From assembly GCA_008690995.1 (NCBI GenBank), contig VRMN01000004.1, positions 1,488,001-1,552,000 of the forward strand: DNA of 64,000 nucleotides, in the 5' to 3' direction. The translations under genes and the position numbers were made by a program. The notes beneath the pieces are model-generated. The model made no database searches. It worked only from the letters and a program-made list of their open reading frames with translations, and was not told where the DNA came from. This document shows positions 1 to 10,433 of the stretch, piece by piece. The stretch comes from Porphyridium purpureum. Lineage: Eukaryota. Every line of letters begins with the position of its first letter. The first letter of the stretch is position 1.

Positions 1-506
1 GCGTGGCATCATACTTTAAAGTCACAGGTGAAGATATGTCGAGGTGGACCATCTGTTCACTCGGGCACTCCCTTGGCGGTGCTTTGGCCACGCTGTTTGC
101 AGGCGACGCAGCGTGCTGGTTCTCGGAACCAGGAGCGCGTGTCATCATGCGAAATTTCGGCTCGCCCAAGGTTGGAAACCTAAAGTACGTGATTGATTAT
201 AACGAGCGGGTGCCTTCTTCGTTCCGCGTCGTGAACGAGACCGACGTTATTGCCCGGATGCCCCGTGGCAAGTTTCATCATGTTGGGTACACTTGCTTGG
301 TGAGCAAGGATGGGAATGTTTGGGTCGATGACTTTAAGGGGGAGGACCCAACCATGAGCAGATTCAGCAAGTCCTTTGCAGAGATGATCGAGTCGGAGCG
401 CAACATGATGCAATCCCTGCTGCAGGGAAAGTCGCTCAATGACCACTTCGAAGTTGCATACTTTCAGACCGCGATGAACCTTGTGCCTCGAAGCGCAGTG
501 GCATGA
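1..506 (+). CDS. Class 3 lipase / alpha-beta hydrolase, C-terminal part (5' truncated by window edge)
   Basis: GHSLGG nucleophile elbow, FGSPKVGN, VNETDVIARMP (catalytic Asp) and a downstream His; the frame is open from the window edge. Confidence 0.85.
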   Translation, partial: VASYFKVTGEDMSRWTICSLGHSLGGALATLFAGDAACWFSEPGARVIMRNFGSPKVGNLKYVIDYNERVPSSFRVVNETDVIARMPRGKFHHVGYTCLVSKDGNVWVDDFKGEDPTMSRFSKSFAEMIESERNMMQSLLQGKSLNDHFEVAYFQTAMNLVPRSAVA

Positions 507-612
507 CGCGAAGTTTGATGCGGAGCGAAAAGACGTGGCTACAAGTAGCCTTGCCTGCTCAGAAAGCTTGGGATTTTCTTCGCAATCCTTTTCTTTTTGT
601 CTCCCACTTGCT

Positions 613-1182
613 CTATACGTCATAGAAACGATTTGCAAGCGCTTCGTCTGAAGCCAAATCTTCCATGCTTCCGCATGTGTAGCAAATGGTGCCATCACAA
701 CTGTCACGCAAGCTTTCAAGAGAAGCGTTCAGACTACCTGGAATTCCCATCAATGTCCGACAGACACGGCATTCACGCTCCAGCATTGCAATGAAAACGC
801 GCAAGCCATCAGACGCTCCACAGATGAACGTGGGTCTTCCTGATGGCAATGATGACGGCAGTCCCAGTTCAGCCAACCGCGTCTCATGCTTGCACTTTTC
901 GACAAGCCAAGGGAGTATCTGCATTGGATTTGCCACTCTTGGCCAGCGCGTCGCGATAAACGTGCGCCACTCGCCATCCATCCTTTCACTCACCAGTGCG
1001 TCCCACTTCCGACACACGCTGCGCAAGCGAAGCAACTCTTTCCAGCCCCCGCAAGCGCGCAGTATGACCAGCTCAACTTCATCTGGCAAGTCCATCTCTG
1101 TCCGTGACAGCCTTCCACGGTTATCGCCGCACCTTCGCTCACATGCTCTCTCCGCCACTGCAACACCCAGGCACGACTCCAT
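613..1182 (-). CDS. Small F-box protein with C-terminal CxxC...CxxC; start may be ATG 1182 or 1095
   Basis: MDLPDEVELVILRACGGWKELLRLRSVCRKWDALV fits the F-box consensus (LP.E....I.......L.....VCRKW); also CRVC and CYTC. Confidence 0.7.
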   Translation of the reverse strand: MESCLGVAVAERACERRCGDNRGRLSRTEMDLPDEVELVILRACGGWKELLRLRSVCRKWDALVSERMDGEWRTFIATRWPRVANPMQILPWLVEKCKHETRLAELGLPSSLPSGRPTFICGASDGLRVFIAMLERECRVCRTLMGIPGSLNASLESLRDSCDGTICYTCGSMEDLASDEALANRFYDV

Positions 1183-2481
1183 CCGAGAACACGCGCAGGC
1201 AGAGCGACAGAGAATGCAAGCGAGTGAAAGCACGAAGGAGAGACCTCAAGCACGCGTGGCTGTGTTGATCAGTGATCCATCCATGGATCCATCCATCATT
1301 ACATCCGCCTTGCTGCTGCGTCACGTCCAGCTCGGACCCTTGACTCCAATCCGGCGCACTTTCTCGTCTAACGACTAAACAGTTTCTCGGTCCGAACCAC
1401 TTCCACGCCACGGTACAGTACGTTATGTACAGTGCCTCACGCTAGGGTTGCCTGCTTACACGATCCGATCTGCCAAACACCGTGCGTGCGTTTGCAGCGC
1501 GCGAATCGACGTCCCGGCACAGGCGAGACATTGCATTTGTGTGAGAGGCGATAGTGGAGAGGAGAATGGCAGGGGGTGCATGAGGTTCCAAGCGCACTGC
1601 CTTGTGCAACCACCAGTCAAAAACAGCACACGGTAGCAAGGGTTGCCGACGCGTGGAGTAAAGCAACTTGCTTCCGTGACACATGCGCAGCAATATCTAC
1701 GTCAGAAAGCCGGAGAACGATGTTGCGCGGAACTGCGTGTGCAGCTCACGCTCCAGTGCCAGAAGTCAAGGCTCGGACCTCTGCTGATATCCAGGTTGCG
1801 GACGCCGGCGGCGTGCGATAAGAGGCATGTGTTAAAATGCCGCGGCGATGGTCCGCGACATGCACATGCAGACGTATACTTGAAATCGGACGATGCTCGC
1901 GCCATGCGCCTTTGCTATGTGCTCCTGCCTTTTCGGTTTCGCGAAAGTATCGCCAGACATGATTGTATTCACTAATTAAACAAAATCTACCCTGCGTGGG
2001 GCAGATAGTTTCCACAAGGCCTGGTTGGAGGCGTTCTGGAGGCGTTCTGGAGGCTTGGTCGCAACTTTCTGGCAGGCGTGGATGCACAGTTTGAAGCGCT
2101 ATTTCTTCGAACGCAAAAGCTTGCATTCATTCATGGAGGGCAGTTTTACGACTGCAAAGTGGGTTTCCACGCTTCAAAACGCCAAAGTGCTGGACCGCTG
2201 TTGTCAAGTGGTCGGTTCAAAGCCGCCGCTGCGCGCCCCTTTTGCACCTGACCCGCCATCCTTATTCTCGGACGGCGGGTCCATTAATGCGCAAACCAAA
2301 GCCGACCACGAGCCACGCGGCGCTCCGTTCTGGTCGCACGTTCGTGGTGGGTGTACAGTATTTGCGGTACAGTGTGTGAAGCGCGTCACGCTCGTGGTGG
2401 AGAAAGATCGATGGCGCGCGCGGTGGGGGGGGAGTTGGTGGTGGCGCTGAAGGGACGAACGGCGGATGTGAATGTGGGTGG

Positions 2482-3630
2482 ATGGATCGATGGATGGGGG
2501 AAGAGCACGGTAGAAAGGACGCAGCCATGGAATCGATGGACTCGATAGAGACTGGCGAGCGAGTGCGTCTGAGGGAGAGGGATGGGATGGGCGACGTCGC
2601 GGCGAGCGTCGTGTCGGGCGTGCCGGTGTCCGCGCGCGAGCGCGTCAGCGTCGATCTGCTCGCCGGGGCAGTGGGAGGCTTTGCAGCCGACGTCGTGGTA
2701 CACCCCATTGATACAGTCAAGGCCAGGCTGCAGATGCAGCAGCAGGCAGCTCCGTCCGCGCCGTTAGGAACACCGAGGACGCCTGGAATGCCACCACCGC
2801 CTGCAACACATGCCGCACCAATGCCAGCCATGCCCTTGTATCGCGGCTTGTATGCGGGCCTTGGCGCAGTCCTCTTGGGCTCAGTTCCGACACATGCCCT
2901 GGTGTTCGGCATTTTCCAGTACACAAAGAGCTCCATGTTGACGTATAAGCCGCACTGGTTTCAAGGCCCCGATGGAGAGAGCACGCAAAGAAGTCGAGCC
3001 CTTCTCGAGCTCGCGTGTGGGGCCGGGGCCGAAGTCGTGGCGCTGTCTACGTACGTCCCCTCTGAAGTGATTGCGAAGCGCATGCAAGTGGCCCAGATGC
3101 AAAGTTCAGCTCATAGACACAGCTATGCAAGCGCATATCAAGCTTTCAGGACAATTCTCCGACTGGAGGGCGTGCGCGGGCTATATGCTGGCACGCTCTC
3201 CACCGCGGTGCGCGATGTGCCCTTCACCGCGCTACAGTTGACGTGTTTTGAGACGCTCAAGAGACTGGTGGGTGTCAGTGATGCCAACAGGCAAGGTCGA
3301 AGTAGCGCTGGCTCGGCGGAAAACGCCGCGCTTGGGTTTGTGTCCGGAGGCCTTGCGGCAGCAGTCACAACGCCATTTGACATGGCGAAGACTCGTTTGC
3401 AGACGCAAGTGAACGTGCCGTCGTCTTCAAGTCGTAGTAGCAGTAGTTCAAGAAGGTATCGCGGCGTATGGCACTGTGTGCGTACAGTCTTCTTCGAGGA
3501 AGGCCTGCGTGGCGTTTTCAGTGGTCTGGTCGCCCGAGTTCTGTGGGTAGCTCCAGCATCCGCCATTACGCTGTCTGTGTACGAGCAAATAGCGCACAGA
3601 CTGCTTGTAGAAAAGGAAAAGGGCGGATAA
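2482..3630 (+). CDS. Mitochondrial carrier family protein (SLC25), SAM-carrier-like
   Basis: Three carrier signatures PIDTVKARLQ, PSEVIAKRMQ, PFDMAKTRLQ, plus GLYAG / GVRGLYAG / GLRGVFSG. The start may be a later ATG. Confidence 0.9.
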   Translation: MDRWMGEEHGRKDAAMESMDSIETGERVRLRERDGMGDVAASVVSGVPVSARERVSVDLLAGAVGGFAADVVVHPIDTVKARLQMQQQAAPSAPLGTPRTPGMPPPPATHAAPMPAMPLYRGLYAGLGAVLLGSVPTHALVFGIFQYTKSSMLTYKPHWFQGPDGESTQRSRALLELACGAGAEVVALSTYVPSEVIAKRMQVAQMQSSAHRHSYASAYQAFRTILRLEGVRGLYAGTLSTAVRDVPFTALQLTCFETLKRLVGVSDANRQGRSSAGSAENAALGFVSGGLAAAVTTPFDMAKTRLQTQVNVPSSSSRSSSSSRRYRGVWHCVRTVFFEEGLRGVFSGLVARVLWVAPASAITLSVYEQIAHRLLVEKEKGG

Positions 3631-3854
3631 AAACAGATTTGGTGCCAATCAAACCTCCTCGACGCCAGAGCACGCAGACGAAGAAATTCTCGCCTCATAT
3701 CTGACCTGTCGATCCTTTACTCTCCGCCCGTTGCAGCTGAAACGCAAAGAAAACAAGGCAGGGATGAAGAAAGCTTACAAACGTGCAACTGTCCCAAGAA
3801 TGTAGTCTTCTTGGCAGTACGCGCTTCACATGTACGCCTTCAATCCTGCAGCCT

Positions 3855-5531
3855 TCAGCTGCCCATTGCGGTGCTATCTCTGGCTATCTTTGTGTCCAGC
3901 AGCAAGTGGTTTTCTGGCGGAAGACCTACAAGCGCGCGAATCATGTTCTCGAGACACGACTTTTGGCGATTCAGCGAATTGATGATGGGCTCTTCAGGAC
4001 GCACGAGCGGGATCTTCATGTAAAAGCTGAGCACCGACAAAATCGGGTGCATTTTCACAAACTCACTGCTTTCAGGCGCATCGCGAGCGCACGGACGCAC
4101 GCGCACACGATCGAAGAGTTCCGCCAGAATTGCCAAATCTAGAATGAGCGGCGCGCATAAGATCGAGTCGAGACACGAGTTGTGAATAATCGAAGTGTAG
4201 TGCCCGTTCATGAAACCTTCGGACGTGTATTCAGACACGTCGCGCTTTGAATCGCCCAGAAACTCGACATACTTGACAACCACAACATGGTCGGGCATCT
4301 CTCCTGGCTGCGAATACAGTTGTCCATTGGACTGCACAACGTCTTCGATGACCCGCGACTTCGAAGCACTCTTGGGCTTCCACATGACACCGTCCGTTAG
4401 CTGGTACATATCATTGTTCCCCAAATGATTGTAGGTGACCATGGTCTTGATTTTTATACCACAGCCAATCAAATAGTCGCACAGAACGGATTTCATTTTG
4501 GTCTGGCCCGACTTGAAATCGTCGCCGCAGATCAGAACGCCATGCTGCTCCGCCAGTTCCAAACATCCAGGCACAAACGTGTTCTGCGGGCTTCCATTGA
4601 TGTAGGGACACCCTTCCAGAATAGATGCCACGGCATACAACGTGGACGGCGACACTTCAGCGTCATTCTTCTCAATCGATGCCAGCAGCGTGTCTGCGCA
4701 TCCATTCAGCTCTGGTCGCACCTCGCTGTACCGTTCCGAATTCGCAGTCCACACCACCACAACAAACTCGAGCGCGTTCGCTTGCTTAAATTCCCGAATG
4801 TCTGCGCGCAACTGTTCAAGCATCTGGCGCTTTGTGTATGCCGGTGATTCCATGATGTTATCCGCTCGAACCTTCTGGTTTTGAGCAATAAATGACTCGT
4901 CGTAAGCCGCTCGAAGGGGTACCATCTTTTCTGCTTCCGGCGCGAGCTGTCGGATAAGATCTGGCTCTAGCACCTGTGCTCTCAGCATTGCATCCTTAAG
5001 ATTCAGACCCGAAATGTCCCACCCTGACAGCACAATCTGTGTCGGCTCTACGAGCGGCACGAATGCGCTCATGGGCGCAAACACGTCCCGCCCTTTGTCA
5101 TCGCTACCAACACGCATTGTGCTCGCTTGAGTCAAGGTGCCGAAGAAATTGGGTGTCTGCGTGCCTGTCCGCGTGGCCCACGTGGTTCCACTCCGGTTGG
5201 CCAGCACTGCGGCAGTTACCGTGGAACCGTTATTCCCACCCCATCCCACCTGCATGAGCCCCAATTTTCTGGGTTTGGATTTTGTCCGAAACTCAAACAC
5301 CTTTTCCGTGGTCGATACGCGAACCACGCTTGGCGCGCCTGCATCCGCTCCCTCGCCCACACGCACGTGCGACGAGGCGTGACGATACGTTGCGCGGATC
5401 TCACCTTCGGGCTCGAGGTAGCGCACGTCGTCGGACTCGACTCGCAGGGTCACATCCGAGGACAGCGCGACGGCGCCCACATATCCTGCGGGTTCTCCGG
5501 CCGAGCCACGCAGGCGATCGTTATCTGTCAT
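3855..5531 (-). CDS. INO1: myo-inositol-1-phosphate synthase
   Basis: GWGGNNGST, WTANSER, NGSPQNTFVPG, GDDFKSGQTK and YNHLGNND conserved MIPS motifs. Confidence 0.97.
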   Translation of the reverse strand: MTDNDRLRGSAGEPAGYVGAVALSSDVTLRVESDDVRYLEPEGEIRATYRHASSHVRVGEGADAGAPSVVRVSTTEKVFEFRTKSKPRKLGLMQVGWGGNNGSTVTAAVLANRSGTTWATRTGTQTPNFFGTLTQASTMRVGSDDKGRDVFAPMSAFVPLVEPTQIVLSGWDISGLNLKDAMLRAQVLEPDLIRQLAPEAEKMVPLRAAYDESFIAQNQKVRADNIMESPAYTKRQMLEQLRADIREFKQANALEFVVVVWTANSERYSEVRPELNGCADTLLASIEKNDAEVSPSTLYAVASILEGCPYINGSPQNTFVPGCLELAEQHGVLICGDDFKSGQTKMKSVLCDYLIGCGIKIKTMVTYNHLGNNDMYQLTDGVMWKPKSASKSRVIEDVVQSNGQLYSQPGEMPDHVVVVKYVEFLGDSKRDVSEYTSEGFMNGHYTSIIHNSCLDSILCAPLILDLAILAELFDRVRVRPCARDAPESSEFVKMHPILSVLSFYMKIPLVRPEEPIINSLNRQKSCLENMIRALVGLPPENHLLLDTKIARDSTAMGS

Positions 5532-5662
5532 GATGTTCGAGCAGTCCCAAACTGTCGTCGTTGCCCACGGCGTACCGGACTCGGTCTCCCACTACATGCC
5601 GCCCCGACCCGCGAGATTGAACACGCGGGGTGTACAGTTAGTGGTTCTCCGTTTTTCCAAAG

Positions 5663-8600
5663 TCACACATTTGCGGAAAGCACTCGACGAGGCGTGCTTT
5701 TGCCTGTGGAAGGATTCTCCTCGTCGATGTTTCCTTGCTCGCCTGCGCTGATGCTAGTTGGAGCCTCGACGTTAGCGCGGAAGTCATCCCAAATGTAATG
5801 GAAGCAGCGCTTGAGCGTGTTTTCATCCGTGCGTCCCTGGTCCTGCTTATTGCGATGGAAATGCACAAACGTGACCCGATCACCGCGCGTCACGTCACAG
5901 GAGATAGTGAAATGCATGGGATTGGGCAAAGGCTCGAGCGTCACAATATCCTTTCGCAGTTTCACCTTCATCTTGCTCCGCGTGTCCTTGCGAATCAAGA
6001 CTTCGGCACCCACGTCTGTGAGCAGCTTGCCCACGTGCCGCATCACGTCCTCCAGGCGTAGAGACGTCTCAAACTGCGTCGTCTTGCTGCCTCCGACTCC
6101 GCCGGCCTTCTTCTTCAGCATATCCTTGATCTGTTTCAACGCGCTGTTTTCCGCTACGCCCAATTCCAGCGTGGGCCGGTGATGCGAGGGAACCTTCGAC
6201 AGGTCGATACTAAAGCGCGGCGAATCAATGCCTTCATCTCCCGACTGTTCGCGAGAGAAGGATCGCGAACGCACCTTGAGCTTCAGTTTGTGCTGTTCCG
6301 AATGAGAAGACGAATCCGGGCGGTGCTTCAGAGTGCTATTCGAGCGTGCTTCCGAGAAGGGAATGATTCGGCTCAGGAACTCAGGGTAGTCGGGCCCGCT
6401 GCCAGACTCAGCGTCACTCTTCCGCCTTCCTGGACTCTTCATATCATAGGACGCCGGCGCAGCAGGCTCCGTAAAGTGCACGCTACGATTGACTGATAAA
6501 TCGGCAGGTCCGGACATCGCCGAGTGCGGCATTGATGCCCTGTCTGCTGCAGGGGTCGTACCATCCCATCTGAATCCTTCGCATGCCAAGCGCGTCAATG
6601 CTGCGATCTGCTTGCGCTGCCGCTCGGTCGTCGCTCCCTTCACTTGCGACGTAAAGTGGTCTTTCAGAGCACTCGACACAACTGCTTCAGAGTCCTGCTT
6701 TGACAGCCCTCGAAGATGACAGTACCTCGCACACATCATGCCGACCATGATCTCGGCGGTGCCCATTTCAAGGCAAATGTTCATATCATCCTGCCGCGGC
6801 GGCTGCGGAGACTTCGCACTTAGACTACGGTGAGCAGCACGCGCATCGCTTGTGGATGACGCCAGCGGGTTCCATGCAGAGGCCTTAAAATCGGCGATTA
6901 GATCATGCAGCTGCTTGCTCTGCAATGACGATTGCTTTCTACTGCTGCCTGCAACCACGGAGCTGGCCTGTCGAGAGCCGTCAATCACCATGCGAGAGTC
7001 TGCTGTTACCATCCTCGAGTCGTACGCCATGAGCGTTCTGCTCTTGAGTGTATGCTGATACGTACGGGTCGGCGAAAGCATTTTGTTCGGCAGTGGTTCT
7101 TGCTCTCGAATGATGATTTCGTCGGTCGGATCGATCTGCTGAATGCTGCCTTCCCGACCAGCATCATCCAAGGCAGAGCCATCAAACAACGCAAACTTTG
7201 GCACGTCTTCAATGCTAACGGCAGGCAATGTTCCCATGGGGGTGTCCTCTTCGAAGAGAAAATCACTGTTGGAAACTTCGGTCGCAGAAATGAGTCCCGT
7301 TTCTGATTCTGCTCGCGCAGATTGTCGCATGTTCAGAATCTTAAGCTTTTTGGACGCCATGTCATTCACCTGTCTTTGTCTCATGACGAGCTCAGAATGC
7401 GACTCCTCTATCTCTGGAGACCACACACCTGCAGACGAACGCAGAGTCAGAGACGTGTCCAGCTCACCTGAAAGCCAGCTAGAGGCGTCTTGTCCGAACG
7501 AGGACGCAGCGTCCAAGTCGACGACTAAATCACTTCCGACCGTCGAAGGCTGAAATCTAGGCAAAAGCTCTCCCGGTTCGGTTGCTCTTTGTTCCTTCGG
7601 GACTCGCACATCTTCACGACCTGCAATTGCAGACCCGCTCGCCACTTCAATCCCTTCCACAGACTCTAAAGCGGAAACTTGATCGTCGTCCAAACCATCT
7701 TGCTCCGCCCGCCCGTGGTTCAAATCGGCGTCGTGCTCATCCGCTCGACCCTGGCTGCGCGATGGCGATCCGGCGTTTGTCCCAGTGACGGGATCGCCTA
7801 CTTCTGACTCTGTGCGCATCGCTGAGACATCGTTTGCGATGGCAGCAAGCTGCACGTTCTTATACGCCCGGTTCTTGTGAAAGCGCACCACCTCGTCTTG
7901 TTGGTACCCTTCTCGAAACCAAGGATGCTTACGAATCTGAGCAATGTTGAAGCGCCAGCTAGGGTCCGGGACCAGAATCGATTCAAGCAAGTCTCTAGCG
8001 CCCGGCGAAACCTCGGATGGATAGTAGACGTCGCACGCGCAGATGAGCTGCGATAACTTTTCGGGCGGGTCGTCATCCTCAATGGCAAAGGGTAAGAACC
8101 CGGACAGCATCGCATACAAAATGATACCGGCAGCCCAGATGTCGAGTTTCTCGCCTGAGTAGCCTTCCTTTTGCTGTGGTCTGAACATTTCGGGCGCACA
8201 GTAGTCTGGCGTGCCGCACTGGGTGAATAAGAGCATCTTCTCGCCCGCTGCCTTCTTGCTAGAGAAGCCGAAATCAGTGAGCTTAATCTTTCCATTTCGA
8301 TCAAGCAGCACATTCTCCGGTTTCAGGTCGCGATGAGTTACGCCGCGCTTGTGGCAATAATCTAACGCGTCTATGATTTGCTGGAAAAAGTTGCGCGCAG
8401 AGTCTTCCGGCAAGCAACCTTGTTGCTCGATGACTTCGAACAGCTCGCCGCCAGTTACCAACTCCATCACCAGATAAATCTTTTTTGGCGAGGACAAGAC
8501 GTGCAACAGCTGCGTGACGTTGCGGTGTTTGAGCGATTTTTGGATGCTGACCTCGCGGCTAATATTCTCACTGAGCCCGTTCATTTCAAGCATCGCCTTA

Positions 8601-8911
8601 TCAATCACCTTGACGGCCACTTGCTGTCGCGTGCGCACATGTCGCCCGCGTTTCACCACGCTGAATCCGCCTTCGCCCAGGGTTTCAAACAAAAAGTAGT
8701 CGCCGATTTTCATACACGCGCTCTGCTCGACCTCCGACTGCCATTCCTTCGTGTTCGGCGCGGTTGGCGACTCGGACGTTTCGCGCGCCGCGGGCACCGC
8801 ACCGTCAGTATTCACGTTGGCGTCCGACTCCACGCCTGCGTCATACCCATTGTCGAGCTGTTGAGCATCGACGTACCGAGTTTCCTCGTCCACGGCCATG
8901 GAATGCTCCAT
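5663..8911 (-). CDS. SNF1/CIPK-related (CAMK-like) Ser/Thr protein kinase with long disordered middle and KA1-like C-terminal domain
   Basis: LGEGGFS, VAVK, HRDLKPEN, TDFG, TQCGTPDYCAPE; C-terminal TTQF...VHFHR fold typical of CIPK/AMPK C-termini. First ATG at 8911. Confidence 0.9.
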   Translation of the reverse strand: MEHSMAVDEETRYVDAQQLDNGYDAGVESDANVNTDGAVPAARETSESPTAPNTKEWQSEVEQSACMKIGDYFLFETLGEGGFSVVKRGRHVRTRQQVAVKVIDKAMLEMNGLSENISREVSIQKSLKHRNVTQLLHVLSSPKKIYLVMELVTGGELFEVIEQQGCLPEDSARNFFQQIIDALDYCHKRGVTHRDLKPENVLLDRNGKIKLTDFGFSSKKAAGEKMLLFTQCGTPDYCAPEMFRPQQKEGYSGEKLDIWAAGIILYAMLSGFLPFAIEDDDPPEKLSQLICACDVYYPSEVSPGARDLLESILVPDPSWRFNIAQIRKHPWFREGYQQDEVVRFHKNRAYKNVQLAAIANDVSAMRTESEVGDPVTGTNAGSPSRSQGRADEHDADLNHGRAEQDGLDDDQVSALESVEGIEVASGSAIAGREDVRVPKEQRATEPGELLPRFQPSTVGSDLVVDLDAASSFGQDASSWLSGELDTSLTLRSSAGVWSPEIEESHSELVMRQRQVNDMASKKLKILNMRQSARAESETGLISATEVSNSDFLFEEDTPMGTLPAVSIEDVPKFALFDGSALDDAGREGSIQQIDPTDEIIIREQEPLPNKMLSPTRTYQHTLKSRTLMAYDSRMVTADSRMVIDGSRQASSVVAGSSRKQSSLQSKQLHDLIADFKASAWNPLASSTSDARAAHRSLSAKSPQPPRQDDMNICLEMGTAEIMVGMMCARYCHLRGLSKQDSEAVVSSALKDHFTSQVKGATTERQRKQIAALTRLACEGFRWDGTTPAADRASMPHSAMSGPADLSVNRSVHFTEPAAPASYDMKSPGRRKSDAESGSGPDYPEFLSRIIPFSEARSNSTLKHRPDSSSHSEQHKLKLKVRSRSFSREQSGDEGIDSPRFSIDLSKVPSHHRPTLELGVAENSALKQIKDMLKKKAGGVGGSKTTQFETSLRLEDVMRHVGKLLTDVGAEVLIRKDTRSKMKVKLRKDIVTLEPLPNPMHFTISCDVTRGDRVTFVHFHRNKQDQGRTDENTLKRCFHYIWDDFRANVEAPTSISAGEQGNIDEENPSTGKSTPRRVLSANV

Positions 8912-9445
8912 CCCGAGCGCCGAACCTGGACAACCAGCTTTGGCCGGCGACCAGGCAGCCACCTGCGGCAGCACGCAGCGCGCTCACAATCTCCACCAAA
9001 AAGTCTATCAGCGGTCGTGCGAGTAAACAACAGAACGTGATAAGAGACACGTGACACGTCGCACGTCGCAATCCAACCGCGTCTGCCCCACTTCCGTCAC
9101 AGCTTGCGCTCAGGCGCTTCTCCTTGTCTCTCCTTCCTGCCTCCGCATCAAATGGCGCATGTACCGCGTGTGTCTGTCGAGCACGCTCTCTTAGCAGCAG
9201 CCGCAGCAACCAACCAACTGTACCGCATCCGCCTTTATTTCCAGCACACTGTACCTTTTCCATATCAAAAACGCGCTGATTTATCATTTTGCGCTCAATC
9301 CGACCACGCGTTTTCGACGCGACTTTGAGATTTGTGCGCGCAAATGCGTTATATCCAATTCAGCCGCTTTTTATAGCACTTTCGATTTACCCGGTTGGAA
9401 CCGAAAGATATATCGGTTTATGGGTTCATTGGTTTAATGGTTTGT

Positions 9446-9480
9446 TTATATGCACATGTTATTTAAACCGTTTGGCAGAG

Positions 9481-9514
<34 letters not shown>

Positions 9515-10321
9515 ATGGTGGTGGTCCTGGATGGCTTGGAGCCATTGCTGCGCGCGGGATTGAATGAGCGTCCACTCGCGATGCTGCACGTCGTGCGCAG
9601 AGACAATTTGACGCGATGCGCCAATACACCACACGTTCGACAAGCTCATGTAGTCGCGGACAGAATGCAGCGCGATCCCGGACGTCGGCACCACAGGAAT
9701 GTGCCCGAGCGGGCCGCGCATCGCGCGAACCACGTCAAGGCTCGTCGGGAATAGTTTGACGAGCTCGGCTCCGGTGAGCTCCACTGCATTGAATGCCTCG
9801 CTGGGAGTCGCGGCCCCCGGGATGCACAGCACGCCGCTTGCGCGGCCAAAGTCGATCATCTCCCGCGGCATGCCCACTGGGCTCATCACATAGTCGACGC
9901 CGAGCTCGACCAACGGCAGAAGGTCGCGCGTGCGTAAAACCGTACCGGCTCCGAGCAGTACGTCTGGAAATGCGCGCCGCAATTTGTTCAGCACGTCGTG
10001 CGCATCGGGCACGCTCAATGTGATCTCAACAGACTGAACACCGGCCTCCAGCACGCACACGGCAGCATCGTACGCCAGTGTCGGTGAATCCATGCGTATG
10101 CACACAAACAGTCGTGCGCGCCGCAATTCTTGCTTGACGCGCGCTATTCGCAGCGCTCCCTCCTGTTCCGCAGCGGCCCGTGTGCAACACGGCGCGCTCC
10201 GCGAAGAACCTTGTCTTTTCGGACATAACACTGTTCCGCGCTGCACCACCGGGGGCGGTACAACATAGCACCAGCCGCGGCTCCCTTGCCTCATGTCGTC
10301 GTCTCTACAGAGTCCCATCAT
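9446..10321 (-). CDS. eda: KDPG/KHG aldolase (Eda family) with N-terminal extension and poly-Q tail
   Basis: VEITLSVPDA (catalytic Glu), GAGTV, SP, IPGAATPSE, VKLFP (Schiff-base Lys), VPTSG. Confidence 0.88.
9483..9513. repeat. (CAG/CTG)n microsatellite encoding poly-Q at the Eda C-terminus
   Basis: About ten tgc units on the + strand; translates as HHHQQQQQQQQQQQ on the minus strand. Confidence 0.9.
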
Positions 10322-10433
10322 TGTTGAGTTGCCTTATCCGCGCCAACCAACCTGGCGCTGCACACGCGCCGAAATTCTTTGTATCGCGCGAACGACGACG
10401 CGGCCGTAGCTGTGGGCGCTGCGACTGTGAGTG

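Noticed and set aside
686..1378. 230-aa + strand ORF
   Set aside because: Antisense shadow of the F-box gene; Ser/Arg-rich with no motif.
1643..2450. ORFs 1643-1975 and 2025-2450, and the 11-nt repeat TGGAGGCGTTC at about 2026-2054
   Set aside because: Non-ATG starts and no motifs, lying in a divergent promoter region; the repeat is only about 2.5 units.
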